From an uncultured Actinomycetota bacterium (GTDB lineage: Bacteria; Actinomycetota; Actinomycetes; JAFAQI01): a DNA stretch of 64,000 nucleotides. The stretch lies in the NCBI GenBank assembly GCA_963770565.1, contig CAVYQE010000002.1, positions 64,001 through 128,000 on the forward strand. Reading direction: 5' to 3'. The notes below the pieces were generated by a model that saw nothing but the letters and a program-made list of their open reading frames with translations, did no database searches and was not told where the DNA came from. Shown here piece after piece: positions 49,637 through 59,536 of this stretch. Within the stretch, counting starts at the first letter, position 1, and each line of letters opens with the position of its first letter. A program made the position numbers and the translations under genes.

Positions 49637-50644
49637 CTACGCGGGGGCGGAGCGTTTGGCCCGCCAGGCCGGCACCGAGACCACGGCCAGCACGGTCAGC
49701 TCAGCAAGCACGGTCACCAACCTCGACGTGATCGCCGCGGCCTGCAGCTCGGCGTGCGGATAGAGGTTGCGCAGCATCCAGATGTAGACGACCTCACGGA
49801 CGCCTACCCCGCCGGGCGCGAACACAACCACCAGGCCGACCGCCCACGCCACGCACGTTGCGCCCGCGACGTACAGCGGGTAGGTCGGGTTGCGGATGCC
49901 GGAGACCGCGAGCTGGCTGAGGATGCCCGCGATGCCGTAGGCGACATACCCGAAGGAGTAGGTGCCGGTCGCCCGGACCACGCCGGCGTGAGTGACCCTG
50001 GTACGCCGCTCGAGCCAGCGCCCGCACAACGTGGGCACTACGACGACGATCGCAAGCGGCAGGTAGATCGGGTTGTGCACGGTCGCCCACAACGCGCCGA
50101 CGCCGAGCGCGGCCGCCAGCACGATGACGTTCTCGGCCGCGACCGCGGCGGCTTTGTCGCGAACCCGTCCCTGCACGGTCGTGGCCCGAGTGAGCGGGGC
50201 CCAGATCCCGCCCGGGAGATAGCGGGTGACCTGCGTCTTGCACCACTGCTCGACCGGCAGCCGGTGAATGCGTTCGGTGATCAGCACGGACCAGCCGAAG
50301 GCAAGCGCGACCCACCAGACCAACGCCGCGGCGTACGCGAGCACGAGCGCCCAGATCCTGACCGTGGACAGGTCGATCTTGGTCGCGGCTCGATAGGCGA
50401 TGTAGCCGACGAGGATCAGCGCGAGCGGGAGGTAGACGACCCGCGCGATCGCGATCGCCCGTGGCGCTCGGCGCTCGAGCTCCTTGAAGCGCTCGTGCCC
50501 GCGCATCAGCAGCCGATGACTGCGGGTCATCAGCCCGACCTTGGCGGGCCCGGTCTTGGTTGGCTCAGTCGTGGTCGGCTCAGTCGTGGCGGGCGCAGCC
50601 TCGGCGGGGAGCTCGAGACCTTCCTGCTCGGGCGCGATCGACAT
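49637..50644 (-). CDS. Lysylphosphatidylglycerol-synthase-TM (flippase-like, AglD2/UPF0104) membrane protein
   Basis: RYLPGGIW, APGGVGVRE, SRLVT; about 8 TM segments; TGATG overlap with the GT2 stop. Confidence 0.8.
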   Translation of the reverse strand: MSIAPEQEGLELPAEAAPATTEPTTTEPTKTGPAKVGLMTRSHRLLMRGHERFKELERRAPRAIAIARVVYLPLALILVGYIAYRAATKIDLSTVRIWALVLAYAAALVWWVALAFGWSVLITERIHRLPVEQWCKTQVTRYLPGGIWAPLTRATTVQGRVRDKAAAVAAENVIVLAAALGVGALWATVHNPIYLPLAIVVVVPTLCGRWLERRTRVTHAGVVRATGTYSFGYVAYGIAGILSQLAVSGIRNPTYPLYVAGATCVAWAVGLVVVFAPGGVGVREVVYIWMLRNLYPHAELQAAAITSRLVTVLAELTVLAVVSVPAWRAKRSAPA

Positions 50645-51465
50645 CAGCCGCCGGCCAGCCGACCGGCCCGTCTGGCCCGGTTCCACTCGCGCCACCACGT
50701 GGTCAGGATTACCCGGGCGTAGCGCCCGGCATACAGAACGTTGTGCCCCTTCTTGCTCTCGCCCGCGAGCCGCTTATGCATCGTGATCGGGCGCTCGGCG
50801 ATCCGGTAGCCGTGGTAGATCGCCCCGATCAGCAGCTCCGAGGTCTGATACTGCACCTGCACCTGCGGCACGGTCTGGGTGACCTCGACCCGCATCGCGC
50901 GGAAGCCGCTCGACGTATCGGTGACGTGGGTGCGGGTAAGCAGGCTCACCAGCTTGGCGAAAACGGTTACGCCGGCGTGCCGGAACCGGTCGTCGGTCTC
51001 CGCCACCCCGAGGACTCGGGAGCCGATGACGAAGTCGGCCTCGTCCTGGACCAGCGGCTCGAGCACAGTCGGGATCTCGACCGGGTCCCACTGCATGTCG
51101 GCGTCGAGGGTGACGACGTACTGCGCGGCGAACTCGCTGGCCAGCTGGTAGCCAAGCCGCAGGGCCACCCCGTGGCCGCAGTTGCGCTCGAGCCGGGCCA
51201 GATAGACGCCCTCCCGGTCACGGACGACGTCGCTGGTGCCGTCGGTGCTGCCGTCGTCGATCACCAGGGTGTCGACCTCGAGCCCGCAGGCGGTCGCCGG
51301 GATCGCGTCGAGCACCGCGCCAAGGCTGTCCTGCTCGTTGAGCGCGGCGATGATCGCAACCGTCGGCGCCAGCTTGAGCGACGCGTGTCTGGTCCGGAAG
51401 TCTTCGAGCGCGGCCGACCTGACCTGGCCGATATACGGCCGGTCCTTGCGGTTGGTCGCGGACAC
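50644..51465 (-). CDS. GT2 polyprenyl-phosphate glycosyltransferase (DPM1-like)
   Basis: IIAALNE, IDDGSTDGT, NCGHGVA, LDADMQ, VIGSR, DTSSGFRA, RLAGESKK; TAGGGT -10 before GTG. Confidence 0.9.
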   Translation of the reverse strand: MSATNRKDRPYIGQVRSAALEDFRTRHASLKLAPTVAIIAALNEQDSLGAVLDAIPATACGLEVDTLVIDDGSTDGTSDVVRDREGVYLARLERNCGHGVALRLGYQLASEFAAQYVVTLDADMQWDPVEIPTVLEPLVQDEADFVIGSRVLGVAETDDRFRHAGVTVFAKLVSLLTRTHVTDTSSGFRAMRVEVTQTVPQVQVQYQTSELLIGAIYHGYRIAERPITMHKRLAGESKKGHNVLYAGRYARVILTTWWREWNRARRAGRLAGG

Positions 51466-51528
51466 GACCCATACCCTACGGTTCGGCGGTACTAGCGATA
51501 CATCGAACGATCTCGACAGGAACATCTC

Positions 51529-53124
51529 GTGCCCGGTGAGACATCTCAAGGCGGTGACTCCGCGACGTTGGCGACCCGGTCGCCGGCGGCCTCGGACGCG
51601 CCCGAGGTGACCGTCTCGGCGGATGGGTCGACCTCGACTGCCGGCCGGTTCGAGCGCTGGATCCGCCCGGGAGTGGTCGTCGTACTCCTCGTCTCGATCG
51701 CGCTGCGCTTCATCGCGCCGTCGCCGCTGTGGCTCGACGAGGCCCAGACCGTCAACATCGCCCATCGCTCGCTCCACCACCTGATCAGCGCGCTGCGGGA
51801 GGACGGCTCACCGCCGCTGTACTACCTGCTGCTGCACGCCTGGATGGCGGTCTTCGGCACGAGCACCTTCGCGGTCCGCGCGCTGTCCGGCATCTTCTCG
51901 GTCGCGTCCCTGCCGGTCATGTACGTCGTCGCGCGCCGGTTCCGGCTGGTCGGCGACTCGGCGTGGGCGGCGGTCCTGCTGCTGGCCACCTGCCCGTTCG
52001 TCGTGCGCTACGGCAGCGAGACCCGGATGTACTCGCTGGTGCTGTTACTCGTGTTGCTGGCGATGCTGACCTATCACTGGGTGTGGACCGACGGCGGGCT
52101 CTGGCCGAACGTCAGCGCCGCGCTCGTCACCGCGGCTCTTGTGCTCACGCAGTACTGGGCGTTCTTCCTGACCGCGACCGCGGTCGTGGCGATCGGCGTC
52201 GCGGCGTGGCGCGGGACCCGGCGGGCGCTGTGGCTGCTGCTACCGATGGCGGTGGGCTGGCTCGCGTTCATCCCGTGGCTCCCGTCGTTCGCCTACCAGA
52301 ACGCCCACACCGGCGCGCCCTGGGGAACTCCGCCCGGCCTCGAGGTGCCGGTCCTGACGATCGGCGCCTGGGTCGGGAACGGGCTGACCGCGCCCGCGCT
52401 GAGCTGGTCCTACTACCTGCTCATCGTCGCCGCAATCGCCGGCTACGTGACCGCGAGCGGGCGGATCAGCCTCGGCCGGCCGCTTCGGCAGTGGCCGACG
52501 CTCGTGCTGGGGCTCGCAATCCTGACCATGCTCGTCGGCACGATCGCCAGCGACCTGAGCGACACGTCGTACTCACCGCGGTACAGCGCGATCGTCGTGG
52601 GACCGATCCTGCTGGTGATCGCCGCTGGCTTCGCGGCCCTGCCGGCTCAGGTGCGTAACGGCGCGATTGCGGTGGTGACCGTGCTCGGTCTTGCGAGTGC
52701 GGCCTTGATCCCTGGTCAGCTGCGGACCCAGGCCGGCCAGGTCGCCACAATTCTCAAAGCAGCCGGGCCGCATGACCTGGTCGTGTTCTGCCCCGATCAG
52801 CTCGGCCCCGCGGTCAACCGGATCGCGCCGCACGAGGGCACCCAGGTCGTCTATCCGAGCTTCGGCTCGGCGGCAATGGTCGACTGGGTCGATTACGCGA
52901 AGCGCAACGAGACCGCCGACCCGCTGGCATTCGCCAAGACCGCGTTGCAGCGCGCGGACGGGCACCAGATCTGGCTGATCTACGCGATCGGCTACCAGAC
53001 CCTCGCGGGTGGCTGCACCTCCCTTTATGCCTCGTTCACCGCTGCCCGCGGCGTACCGATCGATGCCCTGAACCCGCACTCCGCGTTCGAGAAGTACAGC
53101 GTCGCCGAGTTCCCCGCCAAGTAG
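51529..53124 (+). CDS. GT-C fold glycosyltransferase (PMT_2/GT39/ArnT-like)
   Basis: LWLDEA, DGSPPLYYLLL, VRALS, ETRMYSL, PRY; about 12 TM segments plus a C-terminal extracellular domain. Confidence 0.85.
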   Translation: MPGETSQGGDSATLATRSPAASDAPEVTVSADGSTSTAGRFERWIRPGVVVVLLVSIALRFIAPSPLWLDEAQTVNIAHRSLHHLISALREDGSPPLYYLLLHAWMAVFGTSTFAVRALSGIFSVASLPVMYVVARRFRLVGDSAWAAVLLLATCPFVVRYGSETRMYSLVLLLVLLAMLTYHWVWTDGGLWPNVSAALVTAALVLTQYWAFFLTATAVVAIGVAAWRGTRRALWLLLPMAVGWLAFIPWLPSFAYQNAHTGAPWGTPPGLEVPVLTIGAWVGNGLTAPALSWSYYLLIVAAIAGYVTASGRISLGRPLRQWPTLVLGLAILTMLVGTIASDLSDTSYSPRYSAIVVGPILLVIAAGFAALPAQVRNGAIAVVTVLGLASAALIPGQLRTQAGQVATILKAAGPHDLVVFCPDQLGPAVNRIAPHEGTQVVYPSFGSAAMVDWVDYAKRNETADPLAFAKTALQRADGHQIWLIYAIGYQTLAGGCTSLYASFTAARGVPIDALNPHSAFEKYSVAEFPAK

Positions 53125-53133
53125 CCCGCGCTA

Positions 53134-53186
53134 CCCCACCAATGGGCCATGCGTGGGGCTATAGCCCCACCGATGGGCCATGCGTG
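53134..53186. repeat. Family B repeat copy 2 (inverted relative to 25006-25092)
   Basis: CCCCACCAATGGGCCATGCGTGGGGCTATAG followed by CCCCACCGATGGGCCATGCGTG. Confidence 0.88.
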
Positions 53187-53190
53187 TGGC

Positions 53191-53218
53191 TTGACACATT
53201 CCGATAGTGGAATATGTT
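53191..53218 (+). promoter_or_regulatory. Housekeeping-type promoter with an ArsR operator
   Basis: TTGACA-N16-TATGTT with ATTCC-N6-GGAAT between the boxes; GTG start six nt downstream. Confidence 0.7.
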
Positions 53219-53224
53219 TGGGTC

Positions 53225-53566
53225 GTGGCCCGATCCTCCACGACGTCGGACGTCTTCAACGCGGTTGCCGAGGCGCACCGGCGCGAGATCCTCGACGTAC
53301 TGATCGCCGGTGAGAAGGCGGTCGGGGCGATCGTGGACGACCTGTCGATGTCACAGCCCCAGGTGTCCAAACACCTCCGGGTGCTCAGTGAGGTCGGGCT
53401 CGTCAGGTGCCGGACGGATGGGCGTCGCCGGCTCTACCGCCTGGAGCCAGCGCGCCTTCGGCCGTTTCACGAGTGGCTGGCCAAGTACGAGCAGGCCATG
53501 AACGACCGGCTGGACCGGGTGGACGACTACCTCAAAGAGCTCCAACAACAAGGAGAACGGCAGTGA
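53225..53566 (+). CDS. ArsR/SmtB-family regulator
   Basis: DVFNAVAEAHRREIL, SQPQVSKHLRVL, GRRRLYRL. Confidence 0.92.
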   Translation: MARSSTTSDVFNAVAEAHRREILDVLIAGEKAVGAIVDDLSMSQPQVSKHLRVLSEVGLVRCRTDGRRRLYRLEPARLRPFHEWLAKYEQAMNDRLDRVDDYLKELQQQGERQ

Positions 53567-54066
53567 CCCCTCATCGACACAGGACGGCCGTCATCGAGTT
53601 CCCGAACGATCTGGAGATCGTGGTCACTCGAGAGTTCGACGCTCCGATCCAGCTCGTCTTCGACGTCTTCACCAAGCAGGAGCATGTGCGCAAGACGTTC
53701 GCTCCATTTGGGGAGGAGGTGACGGTCTGCGATATCGATCTGCGGGTGGGCGGCGACTATCACTACGTCATGGTGACCGACGACGGAATCGAGTGCTCGT
53801 TTCGTGGCACCTTCCTGGAGATCGAGCCGCCGTCGCGGACGGTCGAGACCTGGCTGTTCGAAGGATGGCCGGATGCGGAAGCCGTCGAGACGATCGAGCT
53901 GCACGAGACCGACGGGGTCACGAAGCTCACGTGGACGCTGGCGTTCAGCGACCAAGCCGGCCGGGACCACATGACGAAGTTCGACGGCATCGAAGCGAAC
54001 TTCGACAACGTGGAGGCTTACTTGTGGTCACTGCTCGACACAGACGACACTGTCTCTCATGGGTGA
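53563..54066 (+). CDS. SRPBCC/AHSA1-like protein (CalC-like)
   Basis: TREFDAP..LVF, DLRVGGDY, GTFLEIEPP; GTGA overlap with arsR. Confidence 0.9.
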   Translation: MTPHRHRTAVIEFPNDLEIVVTREFDAPIQLVFDVFTKQEHVRKTFAPFGEEVTVCDIDLRVGGDYHYVMVTDDGIECSFRGTFLEIEPPSRTVETWLFEGWPDAEAVETIELHETDGVTKLTWTLAFSDQAGRDHMTKFDGIEANFDNVEAYLWSLLDTDDTVSHG

Positions 54067-54247
54067 CCCTGACGAGCCCATGCCCGCGCCACTCCCGCGA
54101 GCGTCATTGGCCCGCCGGGTCTGGCATCGGTTCACCCACCTGCTGGATGACCGGGAGCCCGGCGAGTACTCATCGATCGCACCCCGGGACGCGGACGGGA
54201 CCCGCAAGACGATCTTCTTCTTCAACGGCAGCGGACGTGGCCGCTAA
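54059..54247 (+). CDS. Hypothetical 62-aa protein
   Basis: Overlaps the SRPBCC stop and fills the gap; GC-rich third codon positions. Confidence 0.45.
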   Translation: MGDPDEPMPAPLPRASLARRVWHRFTHLLDDREPGEYSSIAPRDADGTRKTIFFFNGSGRGR

Positions 54248-54250
54248 CGC

Positions 54251-54787
54251 CTACCGGATGACGCGGTAGTCGACGAGCAGATGGCCGCTGGGCGAGGCCT
54301 CGCCTCGGATCGCTTCGAGCCGAATCGACGGCAGCCCGTCGAGAAGCCTTCGTCCGCTGCCGACGATTGCCGGCGCGATCACGAGCCTGAGTTCGTCGAC
54401 GACGTCGGCAGCAAGCAGCGCGCGAGCGACCGAGATGCTGGCGTGGACGCCGATGTCTCCTCCGGGCCGATCCTTCAGGTCCCGCACAAAATCGACCAGC
54501 CCGCCATCGACCACGGTCGAATTGGCGAATTCCCGATCGAGCGGCGTGGACGTGGCGACGTACTTCTGCACTCCGTTGATGAACGTCGAGAACGGCTGGA
54601 TTTCACTGCCCGGCCAGAACTCAGCCCACTCCTCGTAGCTACGGCGGCCGAGAATCACCGCGTCCTGCGCGGCGATGACCGCAGCGAGGTTGGTGTCCAT
54701 CGCGTCGTCCCATTCGGTGATGAATCCGTCGGGAGCTTCGGCGACGCCATCGAGGGACAGCAACTCGTACACGACGACCTTGCGCAC
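54251..54787 (-). CDS. Dihydrofolate reductase-like (RibD C-terminal) protein
   Basis: SLDGV, LGRRSYE, KYVATS, VDELRLVIAP..GSGRRL. Confidence 0.88.
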   Translation of the reverse strand: MRKVVVYELLSLDGVAEAPDGFITEWDDAMDTNLAAVIAAQDAVILGRRSYEEWAEFWPGSEIQPFSTFINGVQKYVATSTPLDREFANSTVVDGGLVDFVRDLKDRPGGDIGVHASISVARALLAADVVDELRLVIAPAIVGSGRRLLDGLPSIRLEAIRGEASPSGHLLVDYRVIR

Positions 54788-54814
54788 GCTCACCACCTCC
54801 AGGTGATCCGAACG

Positions 54815-56269
54815 CTAGCCGGGTGGGCAGGCGGTCAGAACCGTCCACCGCTCCTTCGCCGGACCTGATACGCCGCGGAAGGTGTAGACGGTCCGCAGGT
54901 CGACCGGAACCCGGGGTGACAACCCGACCTGCAGCACTGTGCCGGTCGCGGTCGGGATGATGCCGACCGAGCCGACCGGAACGTTGAGTCGCCAGGCCAC
55001 CAGCGGCACCTGGAACCGCTGAACGTTCAGCGGGCCGCAGCGCAGGATCTCCGCGCGGCCGCCGGCGAGCGCAATCGCATGCGGAAGCGCGGCCGCCAGC
55101 TTGCCGGCCAGCCGTCCGGTGCCGACCCCGGTGTGCACCTGGCGCCCGACGGTCAGCCCGCGCGGGAGGATGCACAACGCCAGCACCAGCCAGACCGCCA
55201 CGAGCACACCGACCGACGCCCTCGACCGCGGCCCCCAACGGGCGACCGCGCGGCACACGTCCGCGACGAACAGCCCCGCCACCACACACGCCAGCGCATC
55301 GCCGGGCAGGAGGTATCGGGGCGCGCCGGTCGCGAAGCGGCCCTGCGCAAGGACGGCGTCCACTACCAACCAGCCGAGTGCGGCCAGGCTGAGCCACAGC
55401 GAAGGACTCGCAACCCGATCGCGTCGCCATGCGACGAGCGAGGCGAGGAAGCCGGCGATGAACAGCACCTCGACCGGCCCGGACAGCAGATGCCAGGTCT
55501 CCCGGATCGTCGCGATGCCCGGTTGACGGGTCAGCAGCGGGCCGCCCTGGCTCTGATGCGTCGCGGCGTTGGCCGACCGGAAGAACTGCCGCGCGCCGAA
55601 CCAGTCGATGACGAACCACGAGAACGGTACGGCGACACCGACCGCGACCGCGAGCAGGCGCCGGCGCCACGACCCGGACCAGGCCAGCCACAGCAGGTAG
55701 CCGAGCAGGAACGGCCACGCCTCCGGCCGCAACCAGCCGGCAAGCAGAAGACAGACCAACACCCAGCGTTTGCGGCCGGCGAGATAGCAGTCGACCGCGG
55801 CAAGCACGGCGGCTGCCGCCATCGGCTCGGACATCCCTTGCACCAACAGGTAGGCGAGGTACTGGTTCGACGCGGCCAGCCCGACCGCGGCAACCGCGCC
55901 GGCGCCCGGGCCGGCGAGCCGGCAGCCCAGCCGGAAGGCGATCGCGAGCGACAACAACGCCGCCGCCCGGGCGGTCACCAACCACAGGATCGGCGCAGCC
56001 GACCCGAAGATGGCAAAGAATGTGTCGAGCGCGATCGCCAGCGGCTTGACCGAGGTTGCCGCCAACCGGGTGTCGAGGTTGCCGTGCAGGATCTCGCGGC
56101 CCCAGATCAGCCATGACCACGGGTCGTAGGCGATGCCCCGCGGCAGCACCAGCAGAGAGAGTGCCGCCAGCGCGACGCTGCCGACCAGCATCACCGGCCA
56201 GCTCGGCAGCCGGCCGACCGAGCGTGCGGACGCGCCGACCGGAGCGCCCGAGACTCGGTCGGCTGGCAT
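54815..56269 (-). CDS. GT-C-like multi-pass membrane protein
   Basis: YDPWSWLIWGRE first loop, GMSEP, LRPEAWP, PRYLLP; about 11 TM segments. Confidence 0.6.
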   Translation of the reverse strand: MPADRVSGAPVGASARSVGRLPSWPVMLVGSVALAALSLLVLPRGIAYDPWSWLIWGREILHGNLDTRLAATSVKPLAIALDTFFAIFGSAAPILWLVTARAAALLSLAIAFRLGCRLAGPGAGAVAAVGLAASNQYLAYLLVQGMSEPMAAAAVLAAVDCYLAGRKRWVLVCLLLAGWLRPEAWPFLLGYLLWLAWSGSWRRRLLAVAVGVAVPFSWFVIDWFGARQFFRSANAATHQSQGGPLLTRQPGIATIRETWHLLSGPVEVLFIAGFLASLVAWRRDRVASPSLWLSLAALGWLVVDAVLAQGRFATGAPRYLLPGDALACVVAGLFVADVCRAVARWGPRSRASVGVLVAVWLVLALCILPRGLTVGRQVHTGVGTGRLAGKLAAALPHAIALAGGRAEILRCGPLNVQRFQVPLVAWRLNVPVGSVGIIPTATGTVLQVGLSPRVPVDLRTVYTFRGVSGPAKERWTVLTACPPG

Positions 56270-56465
56270 GCGGAGCACGTTCGTCGCCCCGTTCGTCAGT
56301 GAGGGTGTCGCCGTGCCGGCGACAAGGCAGCAGGCAGACGATATCCGGAGGTTTTGGCCGCCCGCCGACCGCGCATCCTAGGATGGAACGACCGCCATCA
56401 TCGATACGTAGTCGCTCCGCTCCGGACGCTGCGTCCCAGATGCGCGAGAAGCCCGGAGGAGATCG

Positions 56466-57977
56466 GTGTCGCGGCAAGACGAGCAAGTCGTCGTGATCGG
56501 CGCCGGCCCGGCCGGGCTGACCGCTGCCTACGCCCTGGTCAAGGCGGGCAAGCCGGTGACGGTCTTCGAGGCCGATGACGTTGTCGGCGGCATCAGCCGA
56601 ACGGTCGAGCGCGACGGCTGGCGCTTCGACATCGGCGGCCACCGGTTCTTCACGAAGGTCGGTGCGGTCGAAGACCTGTGGCACGAGATCCTGCCGGACG
56701 AGGACTTCCTGCTCCGCCCGCGGATGAGCCGGATCTACTACGACAACAAGCTCTTCGACTACCCGCTGAAGGCGTCGAACGCCCTGAAGAACCTCGGCAT
56801 CGTCGAAGCCGTGAAGTGCGTGCTCTCCTACATCTGGGTACGGATTCACCCACCCAAGGACCAGTCGACGCTCGAAGGCTGGGTGGCGGCACGCTTCGGC
56901 TGGCGGCTCTACCGCACCTTCTTCAAGACCTACAACGAGAAGGTCTGGGGCGTCCCGGCGAGCGAGATCGCCTCCGACTGGGCCGCCCAGCGGATCAAGA
57001 ACCTGTCGCTGTTCAACGCGGTCGTCAACTCCTTGCTTCCCCGCCGCAACCAGACCGAGATCACGACGCTGATCGAGGAGTTCCAGTACCCCAAGTACGG
57101 CCCGGGGATGATGTGGGAGCGGGCGCACGAGCTGGTGACCGCCGGCGGCGGCACGGTCGTGATGGAGACCGGCGTGACAGCGGTCACGCGCGACGACTCG
57201 GGTGCGACCGCAGTCGTGACGACCCATGACGGCAATCAGACGTCGACGCCGGCGAGCGCCGTGGTCAGCTCGATGCCGCTTCCGCTGCTGGTGCTCGCGA
57301 TGGACCCGCCGGCCCCCGACGACGTGCAGCGCGCGGCGCACCGGCTCTCGCATCGCGACTTCCTGACCGTTGCGCTGGTCGTGCCCGCGTCGGCCAGCTT
57401 CCCCGACAACTGGATCTACATCCACTCCCCCGACGTGAAGGTCGGCCGGATCCAGAACTTCGGCTCGTGGTCGCCGTACCTGGTCAAGGACGGCCGGACC
57501 TGCCTGGGTCTCGAGTACTTCGTGTTCGAGGGCGACGAGCTGTGGACGATGCGCGACGATGACCTCGCGGTGCTCGCCGAGAAGGAGCTGATCGAGCTCG
57601 GCCTGGTCGGCAACGGGCAGGTCGAAGCGTCGTTCGTCGTACGGATGCCTAAGGCCTACCCGGTGTACGACGAGGGCTACAGCGACGCGGTCGACGTAAT
57701 CCGTGGCTGGCTCGCCGAGGCAGTGCCGAACGTCTATCCGGTCGGCCGCAACGGCATGCACAAGTACAACAACCAGGACCACTCGATGCTGACCGCAATG
57801 CTCTCGGTCGACAACCTGATGAACGGTGCGTCACACGACGTGTGGGCGGTCAACGTCGAAGAGGACTATCACGAGGAAGACTCTTCGGCGACCAAGCCCG
57901 CACCTGGCGCCGGCACCGGTCGGGGCGCGCCGGTCGTGCCGAGAGCAACCACGAGCAAGCCGAGCGGCAACACGTAG
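56466..57977 (+). CDS. FAD-dependent oxidoreductase (UDP-galactopyranose mutase/HemY-like, glycan-cluster type)
   Basis: [56 protein letters not shown]. Confidence 0.85.
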   Translation: MSRQDEQVVVIGAGPAGLTAAYALVKAGKPVTVFEADDVVGGISRTVERDGWRFDIGGHRFFTKVGAVEDLWHEILPDEDFLLRPRMSRIYYDNKLFDYPLKASNALKNLGIVEAVKCVLSYIWVRIHPPKDQSTLEGWVAARFGWRLYRTFFKTYNEKVWGVPASEIASDWAAQRIKNLSLFNAVVNSLLPRRNQTEITTLIEEFQYPKYGPGMMWERAHELVTAGGGTVVMETGVTAVTRDDSGATAVVTTHDGNQTSTPASAVVSSMPLPLLVLAMDPPAPDDVQRAAHRLSHRDFLTVALVVPASASFPDNWIYIHSPDVKVGRIQNFGSWSPYLVKDGRTCLGLEYFVFEGDELWTMRDDDLAVLAEKELIELGLVGNGQVEASFVVRMPKAYPVYDEGYSDAVDVIRGWLAEAVPNVYPVGRNGMHKYNNQDHSMLTAMLSVDNLMNGASHDVWAVNVEEDYHEEDSSATKPAPGAGTGRGAPVVPRATTSKPSGNT

Positions 57978-59188
57978 TGATTGAAGAAGGTCTGCGTGTT
58001 GGTGAGGTCGTAGGCCCACATCACCAACGCGCAGGATAGCGCCAGACCTGACGGAGTGCGCGGCACGCGGAGGACAACGATCGCGTACGCCGCGAGCAAC
58101 GCCGCCGCGAGCAGCCAGAAGCCCACTTTGTGCCCGTGCTGCAAGAGCAGCGCGGGGATGTTCAGCGCCTTGGTCTTGGCGCCGAGCGCGAGCTGGGCGT
58201 GCACCGCGTCGTGCCACAGGTCGCGCGGGCCGGCGATCAGCCAGGGCAGCCCGATCGCGAACGCGATCGCGACCGAGCCGATCGCCCGGCGCAGGCCGAA
58301 CGACGGCCAGAGCGCGAAGGCCGGCACCAGCAGCACGACCGGCTGCTTGCTCGCCAGCGCGACGGCGAGCGCGACCATCGCGAGACCCGGACGATCGTGG
58401 TCGATCGCAACGATCGCCGCGGCGATCAGCATCACTAGCAGCGGCTCGGTCCACGAGCGGTTGATCAGGTAGACCCAGCCCGGCATCACGAGGAGCAAGG
58501 CGGCGAGCATCGACGACCGGCTGGCGCCGTACCGGCGGAGCAGGACCGCGGACAGCACTGACGCCGCCAACAGACCGAACCGCACATCGCCGGTCAGCCA
58601 GCGAAACGGCGCGAGCACCAGGGTGCTGGCCGGCAGGTACGGATAGACGTTCTGCAGCCCGGTGCTGTGCTGCCAGTGCTGGCGGTAGAGGTCGTCACCG
58701 TGCAGCAGGCCGGTGCTCGACTGCTGCAGCAGGTCCCACACGTCGATGTTCGGGTTGCTGATCAGCACGATGGTCACGACGCCGGCGGCTCCGGCGAGTA
58801 CGACGACGGCGTACCACGCTGCTCGTTGCCACCGCTGCGGAACCACCAGCGCGAGCGCCGCAGCTACCGCCGCGGCGACCCCGAGCAGGTGGATCGCGAC
58901 CAGGTCGCCACCGTGGAGGTAGAGAAAGGCCTTCGACGGCAGACGGACCGCTTCGACGACGCAGACCGCCATCGGCACTGCGAGCAACCGGCAATCAGGC
59001 AAAGCCAGCGACGCACCGCTGCCCGCCACGACCACGACCAGCGCGAAGCCGACCACGATGCAGACCAGCCCGACCGCGCTGTAGTAGCCGGCGTGCGTAT
59101 CGTCGCCGATCGCGAGCAGGCACCAGGCGAGCAGGACCGCGGCGGTTGCGGCCGTGCTGCGACGGGTCGCAGTCACCCGACCTCCCAC
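57869..59188 (-). CDS. GT87-like (GT-C) membrane glycosyltransferase
   Basis: IDVW, YPYLP, GDVR, WTEP, ASKQ, FFNHY; multiple TM segments. Confidence 0.65.
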   Translation of the reverse strand: MGGRVTATRRSTAATAAVLLAWCLLAIGDDTHAGYYSAVGLVCIVVGFALVVVVAGSGASLALPDCRLLAVPMAVCVVEAVRLPSKAFLYLHGGDLVAIHLLGVAAAVAAALALVVPQRWQRAAWYAVVVLAGAAGVVTIVLISNPNIDVWDLLQQSSTGLLHGDDLYRQHWQHSTGLQNVYPYLPASTLVLAPFRWLTGDVRFGLLAASVLSAVLLRRYGASRSSMLAALLLVMPGWVYLINRSWTEPLLVMLIAAAIVAIDHDRPGLAMVALAVALASKQPVVLLVPAFALWPSFGLRRAIGSVAIAFAIGLPWLIAGPRDLWHDAVHAQLALGAKTKALNIPALLLQHGHKVGFWLLAAALLAAYAIVVLRVPRTPSGLALSCALVMWAYDLTNTQTFFNHYVLPLGLLVVALGTTGAPRPVPAPGAGLVAEESSS

Positions 59189-59239
59189 TGCCGCTCCGGC
59201 GCCCGCGGCCGGCTGGAGGCGACCCTACCGGCGCTGCGC

Positions 59240-59536
59240 TCAGCCGCCGGCCATCGCGCCGATCACGTAGAACGGCTCGGCGCCGCTCGCGACCGCCGCC
59301 GGCAACGGTGCGTCCGGCGGCTCGTGGGAGAGATCCTCCTCACAAGCGAAGAACCGGATGAATGGGCGGCGCCGCATCGTGGCCGGGTCGCGGATCGTGC
59401 CGGACAGCGCGGGAAATCGCGCCTCGAGCTCATCGATCACGGCCTGCTGGGTCGGCGGATCGGCCACGTCGAGCGTTATCTCGGACCCGATTCCCGCGAG
59501 GGTCCGCAAGTGGTAGGGCAGGACGACGCGGATCAC
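59240..59536 (-). CDS. MoaD/ThiS-family ubiquitin-like protein
   Basis: VVLPYHLR...LEARFPAL...RRPFIRFF, C-terminal AMAGG; GTGA overlap with the upstream gene. Confidence 0.88.
   Translation of the reverse strand: MIRVVLPYHLRTLAGIGSEITLDVADPPTQQAVIDELEARFPALSGTIRDPATMRRRPFIRFFACEEDLSHEPPDAPLPAAVASGAEPFYVIGAMAGG

Noticed and set aside
54639-57782. 1047-aa minus-strand ORF and other long shadow ORFs (e.g. 14289-16295, 43337-45316, 47639-49213, 61546-63309)
   Set aside because: Antisense or alternate-frame shadows of clear genes. They are Arg/Pro/Gly-rich without motifs, which is expected from stop-codon scarcity at high GC.
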